A stretch of 54,676 nucleotides of DNA, from IMG/VR virus record IMGVR_UViG_3300009161_000056, positions 1-54,676 of that record; one strand, written 5' to 3'. The DNA is from a virus. Its lineage: Duplodnaviria > Caudoviricetes. Of this stretch, positions 33,718-44,315 are shown in pieces. The notes under the pieces were generated by a model that worked only from the letters and a program-made list of their open reading frames with translations, did no database searches and was not told the DNA's origin. How positions within the stretch are numbered: the stretch's first letter is position 1; the number at the start of each line of letters is the position of its first letter. The translations under genes were made by a program, and so were the position numbers.

Positions 33718-34779
33718 ATGGCGTTTTCTGGAACCGTAGGACAGACCGTCATCAATGTACAGACATTGATTGATCACGGCGCTAGACGCTGTGGAAAGCT
33801 CGCCGAAGAGTTAACTTCTGAGCAGGTGCTGTCAGCCCGACAATCGCTGTACTTCTTGCTTTCCAATCTTGGAAACCGAGGTATTCAGTTTTGGACAATC
33901 ACCAAGAAGGTTCTTGGTTCACAGATAGACAACTACCTTTACACCCTTCCAAAAGGCACAATTGACCTCTGGAACGTGCTGTATCGCACAATGGCGCGCC
34001 CCAATGGCGCATACACCAGTTCTGCTGGCGGAACCGTTGCAAACGTATATGACGGTGATACACAGACGATTTGCACCCAAACGTCCGCTGATGGCAACAT
34101 TTCCGTCAATTACGGCACATCCAACCCAATTTATATTGGCTCCATTGGATTCTTGCCTGCTTCGACTGGCTCGTGGTCAATCATTTATGAATACTCAATA
34201 GACGGCACAACTTGGGCCACTTTGGTTGATCTTGGCACCATTGATGTGGTCAACAACACTTGGGTGTGGACTGACATTGAGGCTGGTCAAACGGTCGCTT
34301 TTTACCGCATTCGCGCCTACAACACGACAACCCTGTCGTTGCGTGAGTTGTACTTTGGGAACAACTCGCTTGAGGTTCAGATGTCTCCACTGAACCGCGA
34401 CGACTACACCAACCTGCCAAACAAGAACTTTACAGCAAACCAACCTTATCAATATTGGTTTGACCGCACTATTCCCCAGCCATCGATTTATGTGTGGCCT
34501 ACGCCATCAACTGCTTTTGTGCAGATCGTTTGCTGGTACTCGCGTCAAATTGAAGACGTTGGATCACTCACTGATGAGCTTGAGATTCCCCAGCGTTGGT
34601 ATGAGGCTGTGCAGATGATGCTTGCCCACCGCATGGCGCTTGAGTTGCCACAGGTTGCAATGGATCGTGTTGGCTATCTTGAAAAGATGGCGGATAAGTT
34701 TTTGGCAGATGCTGAAGCTGAAGAGCGGGATCGTTCACCAATTTACTGGGCACCGAATATTTCGGTGTATACGGCCTAA
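33718..34779 (+). CDS. Head-tail adaptor-like protein with inserted jelly-roll (discoidin-like) domain
   Basis: LNRDDYTNLPNK, QYWFD, VWPTP, IPQRWYEA motifs; central EYSIDGTTWAT...YRIR insert. Confidence 0.65.
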   Translation: MAFSGTVGQTVINVQTLIDHGARRCGKLAEELTSEQVLSARQSLYFLLSNLGNRGIQFWTITKKVLGSQIDNYLYTLPKGTIDLWNVLYRTMARPNGAYTSSAGGTVANVYDGDTQTICTQTSADGNISVNYGTSNPIYIGSIGFLPASTGSWSIIYEYSIDGTTWATLVDLGTIDVVNNTWVWTDIEAGQTVAFYRIRAYNTTTLSLRELYFGNNSLEVQMSPLNRDDYTNLPNKNFTANQPYQYWFDRTIPQPSIYVWPTPSTAFVQIVCWYSRQIEDVGSLTDELEIPQRWYEAVQMMLAHRMALELPQVAMDRVGYLEKMADKFLADAEAEERDRSPIYWAPNISVYTA

Positions 34780-35153
34780 TGCCAATCTTTTTAGACACAA
34801 CGGGGCTAACGTCCCTTGCCATCGGGGTTTGCGACCGATGCAAGATGAAACGCGCCTTTGTGACGCTGGGGCCAGACCCCAACTTCCCCGGGTTACGAGT
34901 CTGCGACCAAGGATGCAGGGATCAGTTTGACCCCTACCGCCTCGCCGCCCGTAAGACGGAACGTATTAACCTGCGGTTTGCGCGTCCTGACACGCCTATC
35001 GGTGCTGGCGACAACTATCTGATGACTGGCAGTCAATCAATGGATGGCTCAAGCCAATTCCAGATTTCGACCGAACAAAACACTCAGACTCCTACAAACA
35101 CGGGGAACAAGGACACCATTGCGCCGAACCCCCCAGACAATACGAGTACCTAA
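34779..35153 (+). CDS. Zn-ribbon virion-associated protein
   Basis: AIGVCDRC...GLRVCDQGCRD...ARPD. Confidence 0.65.
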   Translation: MPIFLDTTGLTSLAIGVCDRCKMKRAFVTLGPDPNFPGLRVCDQGCRDQFDPYRLAARKTERINLRFARPDTPIGAGDNYLMTGSQSMDGSSQFQISTEQNTQTPTNTGNKDTIAPNPPDNTST

Positions 35154-37217
35154 ATGTCCGCACAAGTAACCATACTCCAACTCCCAACCGCTGGTGCTAT
35201 TACAGGTACTGAGGCGGTTCCGATTGTCCAAAATGGGGTGACCGTACAAACTACGACTGCGGCGCTTGCTGGCTCACCCGTTCAGACCTACACCTATTTG
35301 ACGGTCACACAGACCCCTCAACTTGCAAACAGTCGCTATGTTGGCGCAACCAATGGTTTGGTAACCACCGACGGCGGAGCGCAGGGAGTCTTCAATATAA
35401 GCACCACAGGCGCTTTATTGTCTTTGGTGAACTCTGGTACTGGGTTTCAGGTTAAAACGTCTTCTACAGCCATTACAGGGCGTTCTATCGCTGTTTCTGG
35501 CAATGGGTTGTCAATTACAAACGGTTCTGGCATATCTGGCGACCCGACCATCGCTTTGAGTGGTCAAGTGTTGAATTTTGCCAATGCCAGTTTTAATGGA
35601 CTTGTGGTGCTTTCGACTGGTGGCGCTATCACTTCTGCGACCATTACGGGAACTGCAAGCCAAATTAGCGTTGCAAACGGAACTGGGGTAAGCGGTAATC
35701 CAACAATTTCTTTGGCGGATAACCCTGTGTTGCCCGGTCTTGAGAGCGTCACCGTACCAATTGGCGCTACGGGTTCGCGCCCATCTTCTGCTGTAAATGG
35801 TATGTTGCGCTACAACACCACCCTTGCCGTCTTTGAAGGCTACGCAAACGGCGTATGGGGTGCAATTACAACGGGTTCAGGTGTTACCTCTGTTGGTACT
35901 GGCACAGGTCTGACGGGTGGGCCAATCACCACCACTGGCACGATTTCTATTGCCAACACGACCGTTGTTGCTGGTACTTACGGCAGTTCAACCAATGTGG
36001 GTCAGTTCACGGTCAACGCGCAAGGTCAACTGACTTTTGCTGGGGATGTGGCTATCAGCGCCGCTTCTATTGGCGCAGTGACTACCATCCTTGGTACGGC
36101 AAACGAAATAACCGCAACGGGTACATCGACTGTCACATTGTCTTTGCCCGTGGCTTTGACTTTTTCTGGCAAAACAGTAACGGGTGGCACGTTCAACATG
36201 ACAGCGGCAACCGTTGGGGCAGACACTGTTGCTACCCTGACCGCAAATCAGACGCTCACAAACAAGACCATCAGCGGCGCAAGCAACACGCTGACCAACA
36301 TCGCTAACGCATCGCTGACCAATTCGTCTGTGACGGTTGGAACAACGGCAATTGCCTTGGGCGCATCAAGTCTTACCTTGGGCGGTCTGACTTCTGTTGC
36401 TGTAACTCAAGACCCCGTGTCTGCATTGCAATTGGCTACCAAGCAGTATGTTGATTCAGTAGCGCAAGGATTAGACCCAAAAGCATCTTGCGTGGCGGCA
36501 ACAACGGCAAACATTACGTTGTCTGGAACGCAGACGATTGATGGGGTGGCGTTGATTGCTGGAGATAGGTGCTTGGTTAAAGACCAGACATTGAGCCAGA
36601 ACAATGGAATTTACTTGGTTGCGGCGGGCGCATGGACTCGTGCAACGGATATGGACACTTGGGCGGAAGTCCCCGGCGCATTCACCTTTATCGAGCAAGG
36701 AACCCTATACGCTGACACTGGTTGGGTTTGTACTTCAAACGCAGGCGGTACTTTGGGTACGACTCCCATCACTTGGGTTCAATTTGCTGGTGTAGGCTCT
36801 TACACCGCAGGCACGGGACTGACCCTCACGGGTACGCAGTTCAGCATTACCAATACGGCTGTCACAGCGGCTTCGTATGGCTCTGCAACTCAAGTGGGTA
36901 CGTTTACGGTCAATGCACAGGGTCAATTGACTTTGGCGGGCAATACTACGGTGACTCCAGCGGTCGGCTCCATCACTGGGTTGGGTACTGGGGTTGCGAC
37001 TGCTTTAGCGGTCAACGTAGGCTCTGCTGGTGCTTTTGTGACGTTCAATGGGGCTTTGGGTACACCAAGTAGTGGTACGGTTACAAACTTGACTGGTACT
37101 GCATCGATTAACATTAACGGAACTGTTGGTGCTACAACACCTACGACGGGCGCATTTACTACTGTAGCCGCGACAACGGTAACCGCAACAACTGGCATCT
37201 TCGGAGGAACTTTTTAA
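35154..37217 (+). CDS. Tail fibre protein
   Basis: G/T-rich; GMLRYNT..FEGY, ATKQYVD, ITLSGTQTIDGV...LVKDQT...NGIY; repeat VGxFTVNAQGQLTxAG. Confidence 0.8.
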   Translation: MSAQVTILQLPTAGAITGTEAVPIVQNGVTVQTTTAALAGSPVQTYTYLTVTQTPQLANSRYVGATNGLVTTDGGAQGVFNISTTGALLSLVNSGTGFQVKTSSTAITGRSIAVSGNGLSITNGSGISGDPTIALSGQVLNFANASFNGLVVLSTGGAITSATITGTASQISVANGTGVSGNPTISLADNPVLPGLESVTVPIGATGSRPSSAVNGMLRYNTTLAVFEGYANGVWGAITTGSGVTSVGTGTGLTGGPITTTGTISIANTTVVAGTYGSSTNVGQFTVNAQGQLTFAGDVAISAASIGAVTTILGTANEITATGTSTVTLSLPVALTFSGKTVTGGTFNMTAATVGADTVATLTANQTLTNKTISGASNTLTNIANASLTNSSVTVGTTAIALGASSLTLGGLTSVAVTQDPVSALQLATKQYVDSVAQGLDPKASCVAATTANITLSGTQTIDGVALIAGDRCLVKDQTLSQNNGIYLVAAGAWTRATDMDTWAEVPGAFTFIEQGTLYADTGWVCTSNAGGTLGTTPITWVQFAGVGSYTAGTGLTLTGTQFSITNTAVTAASYGSATQVGTFTVNAQGQLTLAGNTTVTPAVGSITGLGTGVATALAVNVGSAGAFVTFNGALGTPSSGTVTNLTGTASININGTVGATTPTTGAFTTVAATTVTATTGIFGGTF

Positions 37218-39187
37218 TGTCTCAAGCAGGCTACACCCCAATATCTCTCTACTACAGCACCACTGCGGCGGCAACACCGTCTGCTGGAAATCTTGTTGCT
37301 GGCGAGTTAGCACTCAATACAGTTGATGAAAAGTTGTACTTTAAGAACTCTGCTGGTACGGTGAAGTTGTTGGCATCAAACGCCACCTCTGCGCCAGTTT
37401 TATCATTCCAAACTTCTTTGGGTGGTCTGACCCCATCTACGGCTACAACAGGCGTGGTGACGCTTGCAGGCACGTTAAATACAACCTCTGGCGGTACTGG
37501 TCTGACATCATTCACAGCGGGTGATGTCCCCTACTATGCGGCTGGTTCAGTGTTGTCCAAACTTGCCATTGGTACAGCGGGTCAATTCTTAACCTCTACT
37601 GGTACTGCACCCCAGTGGTCTACATTGTCTGGCGTGGCGGTCACGACTTTCAGTGCTGGTACAACAGGCTTCACCCCCTCTTCCGCTACATCAGGTGCAG
37701 TCACATTGGCTGGAACTTTGGCAACAACCAACGGTGGCACAGGCTTAACATCATTCACATCAGGTGGTGTGGTTTACGCTTCTAGTACAAGTGCATTGAC
37801 CACTGGGTCTGCGCTTACTTTTGATGGAACAAATTTTTCCACAACTGGTTCTGCTACTGCAACACGATTTATCCCAAGTGGTTCAACTGTTGCAACCAAT
37901 GGTATGTACTTGCCAGCGGCTAACTCGTTAGGATTTAGTACAAATAGCACAGAAGGTATGCGCCTCACAAGCGCAGGCAAACTTGGAATTGGCCTAACAA
38001 GTCCCGCCTCTATGCTTGATGTATCTGGCGCGGCAAATGCAGGCGACCCTGCACTTCCAAACCAAATTCGTATTCAATCTACTGAGGCTTACAACCTTAC
38101 GCCTACGTCTGGAATTCTGTTTGTAAACAAATACAACACAGGAGGCAGTATTGCGGGAATGGGTGGTATTTCTGTTTACAAAGAAAACACAACAGACGGA
38201 GACTACGCAGGCGCACTTGGTTTGTTTACTCGACCTAATGCGGGAAGCATTACAAAAGTAGCCACTATTAGTTCATCAGGCAATCTAGGCTTGGGAGTTA
38301 CTCCGAGTGCTTGGACAAGTGCAACAGGTTTTCAAGTTCAATACGCCACAGTAGAAGGAAGGTCTTCTCTTTCGTCTTTTGCTGAATATGGCGCCAATTC
38401 ATACTCCCAAGCAGGGACAAGAAAATATATTGCTTCTGATTTTGCAAGCAGATACACACAATATCAAAGTATTCACTCTTGGCACACAGCCGCATCAGGC
38501 ACAGCAGGAAACGCTATCACCTTTACTCAGGCAATGACTCTGGATGCAAGTGGAAATTTGATGGTTGGGACAACATCTGCGGCAGGTGTTTTAACAGTTG
38601 TGGGTGCAAATAGTTCTGATGGCCCAACGGCAAAATACATTGCTAACATAAGAAACTCAGGCGCACAAACTTCTGGAGTTGGTGCGGGTATTGCATTTAC
38701 TCAGACGATGAGTTCTTTCAATGCAACGCTTGCTACTATTCAAGGCATTAAAGAAAATGCTACTTCAGACAACTACGCTAGTGCGCTGTCTTTCTACACT
38801 CGTGCGAATGGTGCTGATTTAACAGAACGAGTCAGAATAGACTCTAGCGGTACATTCATTCTCAAGAACGACTACCAAGAACAGACATTCACTGCAAACA
38901 GTTCTACAGCCATCACGCTGAACATCGTAACCAACGGTACTGACCAAGTCATTACGCTGACAGGAACTGCGACAATCACAATGCCAACTGCTACGGCAGG
39001 CAAGTCGTTCTTGTTGAAGTTAAAGACTGGTGCAGGTGGTTACACGGTGACATGGACAACGGTGAAGTGGCCTAGCGGCACTGCCCCAACCCTTACAAGC
39101 ACCGCATCCAGAATGGACATCTTTAGTTTCTTCAGCGATGGCACAAACTGGTACGGAACTACTGTTGGTCAAAACTACACACCATAA
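37217..39187 (+). CDS. Tail fibre protein (Mtd-like N-terminal domain)
   Basis: LVAGELALNTVDEKLYFKN; repeats VTLAGTLxTTxGGTGLTSFT and RxxSSGNLGxG. Confidence 0.8.
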   Translation: MSQAGYTPISLYYSTTAAATPSAGNLVAGELALNTVDEKLYFKNSAGTVKLLASNATSAPVLSFQTSLGGLTPSTATTGVVTLAGTLNTTSGGTGLTSFTAGDVPYYAAGSVLSKLAIGTAGQFLTSTGTAPQWSTLSGVAVTTFSAGTTGFTPSSATSGAVTLAGTLATTNGGTGLTSFTSGGVVYASSTSALTTGSALTFDGTNFSTTGSATATRFIPSGSTVATNGMYLPAANSLGFSTNSTEGMRLTSAGKLGIGLTSPASMLDVSGAANAGDPALPNQIRIQSTEAYNLTPTSGILFVNKYNTGGSIAGMGGISVYKENTTDGDYAGALGLFTRPNAGSITKVATISSSGNLGLGVTPSAWTSATGFQVQYATVEGRSSLSSFAEYGANSYSQAGTRKYIASDFASRYTQYQSIHSWHTAASGTAGNAITFTQAMTLDASGNLMVGTTSAAGVLTVVGANSSDGPTAKYIANIRNSGAQTSGVGAGIAFTQTMSSFNATLATIQGIKENATSDNYASALSFYTRANGADLTERVRIDSSGTFILKNDYQEQTFTANSSTAITLNIVTNGTDQVITLTGTATITMPTATAGKSFLLKLKTGAGGYTVTWTTVKWPSGTAPTLTSTASRMDIFSFFSDGTNWYGTTVGQNYTP

Positions 39188-39197
39188 GGACTGAACT

Positions 39198-41225
39198 ATG
39201 TTTGCGGCAGGAAAAACAGCAGGTGCGTCATCGGGTAGCACAATAGACGCTCAGTTCAACTATGTCACTATGCTTTTGCACGGCGATGGAACTAATGGCG
39301 CACAGAATAATACATTTATTGACTCATCATCAACTGGCGCTACTGTTACCCGTAGTGGCGCTACAACCCAAGGTTCTTTCTCACCTTATGGGTCTAATTG
39401 GTCAAATTATATTGATGGTAGTAGTTATTTAGCCATTTCAAATGGAGGAGGTTCTGCGCTTGATATGGGAACTGGAAACTGCACTATTGAAATGTGGGTT
39501 AATCCTGATACTCAAACAACAAGTTTTCCATCAATGTTTGCCCCATCATCTGCTTGGTCTACGGGTACTTTTTATATTCGTTATTCAAATACAGCATACT
39601 CAAATAAATTTGGAATTTTTTGGAATTCTGTTGGCGATCCATTTTTTTCATCAACTAATACCTATCCATCAAATGCTTGGTATCATGTTGCGCTTGTAAG
39701 AAATGGAACTACTTTTACTTTATATGTAAATGGTGTTGCTGATGGAACTGGAACATCATCTGCGTCATTAAATCTTGCTATTGGTGGTAGTGTATGGCTT
39801 GGTAATAATGGAAGTGCGTCTTGTAACTTTAAAGGATATTTATCTAATGTGCGAGTTGTTAAAGGCACAGCAGTTTACACATCTAATTTTACGCCTAGCA
39901 CAACACCATTAACTGCAATATCAGGCACAAGCCTTTTAACTTGCCAAAGCAATCGTTTTATTGATACCAGCGCAAGCCCACTTACCATTACAACAAGCGG
40001 CACACCAAGCGTTCAACGCTTCAACCCATTTGGTGCTTCTACCGCCTACTCCACAAGCGTGATTGGTGGGTCAGGGTACTTTGACGGGTCATCCCAATTA
40101 AGTTTTTCAACAAATGCGGGTTATGCTTTTGGCACGGGAGATTTTACTGCTGAGTGTTTTTATTACGCCACCTCAAACCCCGGCTACCGTTCGCTGATAG
40201 AAACAAGGGCTTCAAACGGAACTAGCAATGGATGGGCATTAGCCGCTGACTCTGGCGGCACTATGTATGTTTATGCCGCTGGTTTTATTCTTACAGGCAT
40301 TTCTGTTGTTTTAAATACTTGGAATCATGTTGCGTTTACTAGAAGTGGTTCAACTCAATACTTATTTTTAAACGGTGTATTAGTTTCATCAACTGCCACA
40401 GCAAGAACTTACAGCGATACTAATTTAGGCGTTGGTGGAGTTGCTTACACCACGGGTGAATATTGGACAGGCTATCTTTCAAATGTGCGTTTGATTAAAG
40501 GGACTTGCCTTTACACAACTACATTTACACCCCCCACTGCTCCATTGACTGCCGTAACAAATACAACTTTATTGCTCAACACAAGCAACGCTGGCATCTT
40601 TGACAACGCCATGATGAACAATTTGACAACTGTGGGTAACGCACAGATTTCTACAAGCGTGTACAAGTATGGAACTGGGTCTTTGTATTTTGATGGGAAC
40701 GGCGACAACCTTAGTAGCCCTGCAACCCCAGATTTAAACATGACGACAGGGAATTGGACGATTGAATGTTGGGTTTACATATCAAGCCGAACATTAAATT
40801 ACCCTCTTATTTTTGGAAACAACAATGGTGGTTATTCTGCTGGCGCACTTGCAATAACAAACAGCAACGCTGACTCGGTGTCGTATAACGATAAATTTTT
40901 TCTTGCCTTTTACGATGTGGGTACTTTCGTTGCATCTGGCCCAACCAACTCATTAAACACTTGGTATCATTTGGCTGTGGTAAGAAATGGAACCAATATA
41001 TCAATGTATCGAGATGGTTCATCTGTTATATCAACAACAATTTCATCAAGCGTTAATTTTGATTGGGGTAAATTAGGTAACCGAATCGGCGGCGGTAATT
41101 GGGACGGCGCACAATCTTATTTTAACGGCTACATAGATGACTTGCGTGTTACTAAAGGTTACGCCCGATACACCACAACATTCACACCGCCCACTGCGGC
41201 ATTCCCCAACATCGGCCCCGTTTAA
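39198..41225 (+). CDS. Receptor-binding protein with three concanavalin A-like/LamG domains
   Basis: Three units of G.G[DN].T.E.W...W[YN]H[VL]A..R.G....[YF]..G...GY[LI]...R..KG...YT..FTP. Confidence 0.85.
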   Translation: MFAAGKTAGASSGSTIDAQFNYVTMLLHGDGTNGAQNNTFIDSSSTGATVTRSGATTQGSFSPYGSNWSNYIDGSSYLAISNGGGSALDMGTGNCTIEMWVNPDTQTTSFPSMFAPSSAWSTGTFYIRYSNTAYSNKFGIFWNSVGDPFFSSTNTYPSNAWYHVALVRNGTTFTLYVNGVADGTGTSSASLNLAIGGSVWLGNNGSASCNFKGYLSNVRVVKGTAVYTSNFTPSTTPLTAISGTSLLTCQSNRFIDTSASPLTITTSGTPSVQRFNPFGASTAYSTSVIGGSGYFDGSSQLSFSTNAGYAFGTGDFTAECFYYATSNPGYRSLIETRASNGTSNGWALAADSGGTMYVYAAGFILTGISVVLNTWNHVAFTRSGSTQYLFLNGVLVSSTATARTYSDTNLGVGGVAYTTGEYWTGYLSNVRLIKGTCLYTTTFTPPTAPLTAVTNTTLLLNTSNAGIFDNAMMNNLTTVGNAQISTSVYKYGTGSLYFDGNGDNLSSPATPDLNMTTGNWTIECWVYISSRTLNYPLIFGNNNGGYSAGALAITNSNADSVSYNDKFFLAFYDVGTFVASGPTNSLNTWYHLAVVRNGTNISMYRDGSSVISTTISSSVNFDWGKLGNRIGGGNWDGAQSYFNGYIDDLRVTKGYARYTTTFTPPTAAFPNIGPV

Positions 41226-41234
41226 GGAACTATT

Positions 41235-41693
41235 ATGCAAGTAGCAATTTTGACAACACCCATTACAGTTGGCGACTATCGTGAACTGTTTCCCGATACA
41301 TCCTTTGGCGCGAGTGGCCCATCTGATGAATTCTTGACTGCCAACAACGCAAAGAAGGTTACGCTGTTCAAAGCCCATGACCGACTGACACAGAAGTTGG
41401 TTTCATGTGCGCCTTATGACGACGGTGAATTTGTGTCTATGGCTCAAGTTGAGTCATTGACCGCTGATGAAATTCAAGCGGCTAAAAATTCTGCAATGGC
41501 TCAGATTCGCAATCAACGCAATCAATTGCTCAAAGACTGTGATTGGACGCAGATTGCAGACAGCACGGCAGACAAGACGGCATGGGCAACATACCGTCAG
41601 GCTTTGCGTGATTTGCCAGCGACCATCACAGAGCCAAGAACCTTTTCGGACTGGCCTCACAATCCTGACTATGTCCCAATGGCACAACTTTAA
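41235..41693 (+). CDS. Tail fibre assembly chaperone
   Basis: RNQLLKDCDWTQIAD...WATYRQALRDLP...WP. Confidence 0.85.
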   Translation: MQVAILTTPITVGDYRELFPDTSFGASGPSDEFLTANNAKKVTLFKAHDRLTQKLVSCAPYDDGEFVSMAQVESLTADEIQAAKNSAMAQIRNQRNQLLKDCDWTQIADSTADKTAWATYRQALRDLPATITEPRTFSDWPHNPDYVPMAQL

Positions 41694-41702
41694 GGACTCA
41701 CT

Positions 41703-42017
41703 ATGACTACGATTACTTGGTCTGTGACCGCAATGGACTGCTACCCACAAGAGGGTGGCAACACTGATGTTGTCTTTACAGTTCACTGGACTTGCTCTGG
41801 CGTAGACGGAACTTACAACGCCTCCATCTACTCAACCTGCTCTGTGCCTACACCCGAGGGCGCGTTTACCCCTTATGCCCAACTGACGCAAAATCAAGTG
41901 CTTGGTTGGATTTGGGCTAACGGTGTTGACCAGACAGCAACTGAAGCCGCTGTAGCACAACAAATTCAAAACCAGATTAACCCACCAGTAGTGACACCCC
42001 CACTGCCTTGGGCATAA
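41703..42017 (+). CDS. Tail-associated hypothetical protein
   Basis: VVFTVHW, FTPYAQLT..QVLGW, C-terminal PLPW. Confidence 0.75.
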   Translation: MTTITWSVTAMDCYPQEGGNTDVVFTVHWTCSGVDGTYNASIYSTCSVPTPEGAFTPYAQLTQNQVLGWIWANGVDQTATEAAVAQQIQNQINPPVVTPPLPWA

Positions 42018-42067
42018 TAGAAGAAGGGTGAACCGCTGACCCATAACAGCGGAAATTTTTAAGGAAA

Positions 42068-42238
42068 ATGGCAATGGAAAAACTGACTCTTTCAACACAA
42101 CTGGTCAACGGCATTCTTCAGTATTTGGGCAATCAACCCTATGCTCAAGTTGCTCAATTGATTGAGGGCATCCAAAAAGAAGCACAAGCACAGGCTCAAC
42201 AACCCGTTGAGAAAGTGACTGCTGAACCCGTAAATTAA
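42068..42238 (+). CDS. Small hypothetical protein (~56 aa, not in ORF track)
   Basis: VNGILQYLGNQPYAQVAQLIEGI; AAGGA RBS. Confidence 0.65.
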   Translation: MAMEKLTLSTQLVNGILQYLGNQPYAQVAQLIEGIQKEAQAQAQQPVEKVTAEPVN

Positions 42239-42247
42239 GGGGGAAGC

Positions 42248-42463
42248 ATGGAAGCGGTTCACGAATTAGCCACCGAGACCGACAAGCGTCTGAGTGTTCA
42301 CGAAGCAATCTGCGCTCAACGGTACGAGGGCATTCAAGCCCGCTTCGACGACGGTTCCAAGCGCATGAACAGGATTGAGTACCTCTTGTATGTAGTCATT
42401 CTTGCCGTGTTGCTTGGCCCCGGGGTTGCCGCAGATTTTGTCAAAAAATTACTGGGGGTTTAA
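42248..42463 (+). CDS. Small coiled-coil plus TM protein (lysis cassette)
   Basis: HEAICAQRY motif; C-terminal TM. Confidence 0.65.
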   Translation: MEAVHELATETDKRLSVHEAICAQRYEGIQARFDDGSKRMNRIEYLLYVVILAVLLGPGVAADFVKKLLGV

Positions 42464-42817
42464 ATGAGCGAGGAAAAGATTCAGGCAATGGAAAGCAAAA
42501 GTCAACTCATCGAGAAGATTACGTTTGCTCTTCTCCCTCTTCTTTTTTCTTGCGTCGTCTATTTGATGAGCGCCTTATCCAACTTGGCGCATGAGGTCAC
42601 CATCCTCAACAGCAAAATTTCGCTCGTTGTCACATCAGACAACAAGCAGGCTTCAAACACTGGAGCCGAACTGGCCCGTGAAAAACTGCGCCAAGACCTT
42701 GAAAAAGAGATTCAACGCAACCGAGACCAGATTGCCGAGAACCGAATGCACATTGCCATCTTGGAAGAGAAGGTTCCAGTGAGCAAATCACTCAAAACTG
42801 TAACTGGAAAGGATTGA
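42464..42817 (+). CDS. Membrane-anchored coiled-coil protein (lysis cassette)
   Basis: TM ITFALLPLLFSCVVYLM followed by heptads. Confidence 0.6.
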   Translation: MSEEKIQAMESKSQLIEKITFALLPLLFSCVVYLMSALSNLAHEVTILNSKISLVVTSDNKQASNTGAELAREKLRQDLEKEIQRNRDQIAENRMHIAILEEKVPVSKSLKTVTGKD

Positions 42818-42818
42818 C

Positions 42819-43337
42819 ATGATTCCAATCGTTGCATCCCTGCTAGGCACACTGGCCCAGAATGGTCTGGGCCTTTTGTCTTCTGCGATTCAAGCAAAAG
42901 GCAAAGAGGTTGTTGAAAACGCTCTTGGAGTAAAGATTTCAGACAACCCTTCTGACGCTGAAGTTGCCAAGTTACGCCAACTTCAATATGACCATGAAGA
43001 GCGTCTGCTTGAGTTAGGTATTGAAAAAGCCCGTTTGGAACAGGAAGAACTTAGGGTTCTGTTAGCGGCTCAAGCCAACCAAGAAAACAATGTCAGCGAC
43101 CGTTGGAAGGCTGATATGTCGTCCGACTCGTGGTTGTCAAAGAATGTGCGCCCCGGTACTCTGGTGTACCTCCTGACCGCTTATTTGATATTTGCATTGC
43201 TGGATGGCGGCGGATACAAGATTAGCGAGTCCTACGTCAACTTGTTGGGTCAATGGGGTATGTTGGTGATGACCGCCTACTTTGGTGGCCGCACCGTTGA
43301 GAAAGTCATGGAGATGCGCAAGAAGGACAAAGAATGA
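42819..43337 (+). CDS. Holin (3TM GTA-holin-like)
   Basis: SDSWLSKNVRP, two TMs, AYFGGRTVEK; overlaps endolysin start. Confidence 0.8.
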   Translation: MIPIVASLLGTLAQNGLGLLSSAIQAKGKEVVENALGVKISDNPSDAEVAKLRQLQYDHEERLLELGIEKARLEQEELRVLLAAQANQENNVSDRWKADMSSDSWLSKNVRPGTLVYLLTAYLIFALLDGGGYKISESYVNLLGQWGMLVMTAYFGGRTVEKVMEMRKKDKE

Positions 43338-43675
43338 GCCTCAGTCAAGAACAGGCGGCATTCTTGCTAGATGCCTGCAAACTCATCCAATACGCCACAG
43401 AGCAGGGTTTTATGGTTACTGGGGGGGAGTTAGCCAGAACCCCTGAACAGCAGGCCATATACGTTAAGACAGGCCGTTCCAAGACCCTTAATTCTATTCA
43501 CCTCAAGCGGTGCGCCATTGACTTGAACTTCTTCAAGGAAGGGCAGATAATATGGGACAAGGGCATCCTCGCGCCGCTGGGTGCTTATTGGGAAACTTTG
43601 AACCCCAAAAACCGCTGGGGTGGCAACTTTAAATCACTGGTGGATTGTCCACATTTTGAACGAAACGTGGGGTAA
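43334..43675 (+). CDS. Endolysin, M15-family peptidase
   Basis: RTPEQQ, SIHLKRCAID, RWGG, DCPHFE. Confidence 0.88.
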   Translation: MSLSQEQAAFLLDACKLIQYATEQGFMVTGGELARTPEQQAIYVKTGRSKTLNSIHLKRCAIDLNFFKEGQIIWDKGILAPLGAYWETLNPKNRWGGNFKSLVDCPHFERNVG

Positions 43676-43677
43676 AT

Positions 43678-44313
43678 ATGGCAACCGCATCGGTAATGAC
43701 TTACGACTCTTTGGTCGAGAATATCCAGTCTTACCTAGACCGTACTGATGACGATACGCTTGCCAAGATTCCGCTGTTCATTATGCTGGCAGAGCAGATT
43801 ATTGCCAGCCAAATCAAGTTTCTTGGCAATTTGATGGTTCAGACCTCGACCATGACAATTGGTCAGCCTATCATTGATAAACCAGCCCGCTGGCACAAGA
43901 CGGTCTCCATGAACGTGACCGTAGATGGTGAGAAACAACCTGTCTTGCTTCGTAAGTACGAGTACCTACGCGAGTACACCCCAGACGCAACAACGACTGG
44001 TGCGCCCGCTTATTACGGCGACTACGACTACACCCATTGGCTAGTCGCTCCCTCGCCTGCTGTTGCGTATGATTTTGAAGTTTTGTACTACGAGCGGCTC
44101 CAGCCGCTTGATTCCTCCAACCAAACCAACTGGTTTACCATTTACGCCCCACAGGCGTTGCTGTATGGGTCTTTGTTGCAAGCTATGCCATACGTCAAGA
44201 ACGATGAGCGGATGCCAATGTGGCAACAGAATTACGACCTCATCATTCAGACTTTGAAGTCTGAGGATGTCCAGCGTATTGGTGACCGTCAAGCCTCTGT
44301 ATTGGATACTTAA
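43678..44313 (+). CDS. Tail adaptor (tail tubular A-like) protein
   Basis: MTYDSL...YLDR...FIMLAE...APSP...TNW....PQALLYGSL. Confidence 0.75.
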   Translation: MATASVMTYDSLVENIQSYLDRTDDDTLAKIPLFIMLAEQIIASQIKFLGNLMVQTSTMTIGQPIIDKPARWHKTVSMNVTVDGEKQPVLLRKYEYLREYTPDATTTGAPAYYGDYDYTHWLVAPSPAVAYDFEVLYYERLQPLDSSNQTNWFTIYAPQALLYGSLLQAMPYVKNDERMPMWQQNYDLIIQTLKSEDVQRIGDRQASVLDT

Positions 44314-44315
44314 TC

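Noticed and set aside
35154-41225. Diversity-generating retroelement acting on the Mtd-like fibre
   Set aside because: No reverse transcriptase and no TR/VR pair differing at adenines.
42248-43675. Lysis cassette interrupting tail genes
   Set aside because: A gene-order variant with ordinary holin and M15 endolysin; no sign of mobility.
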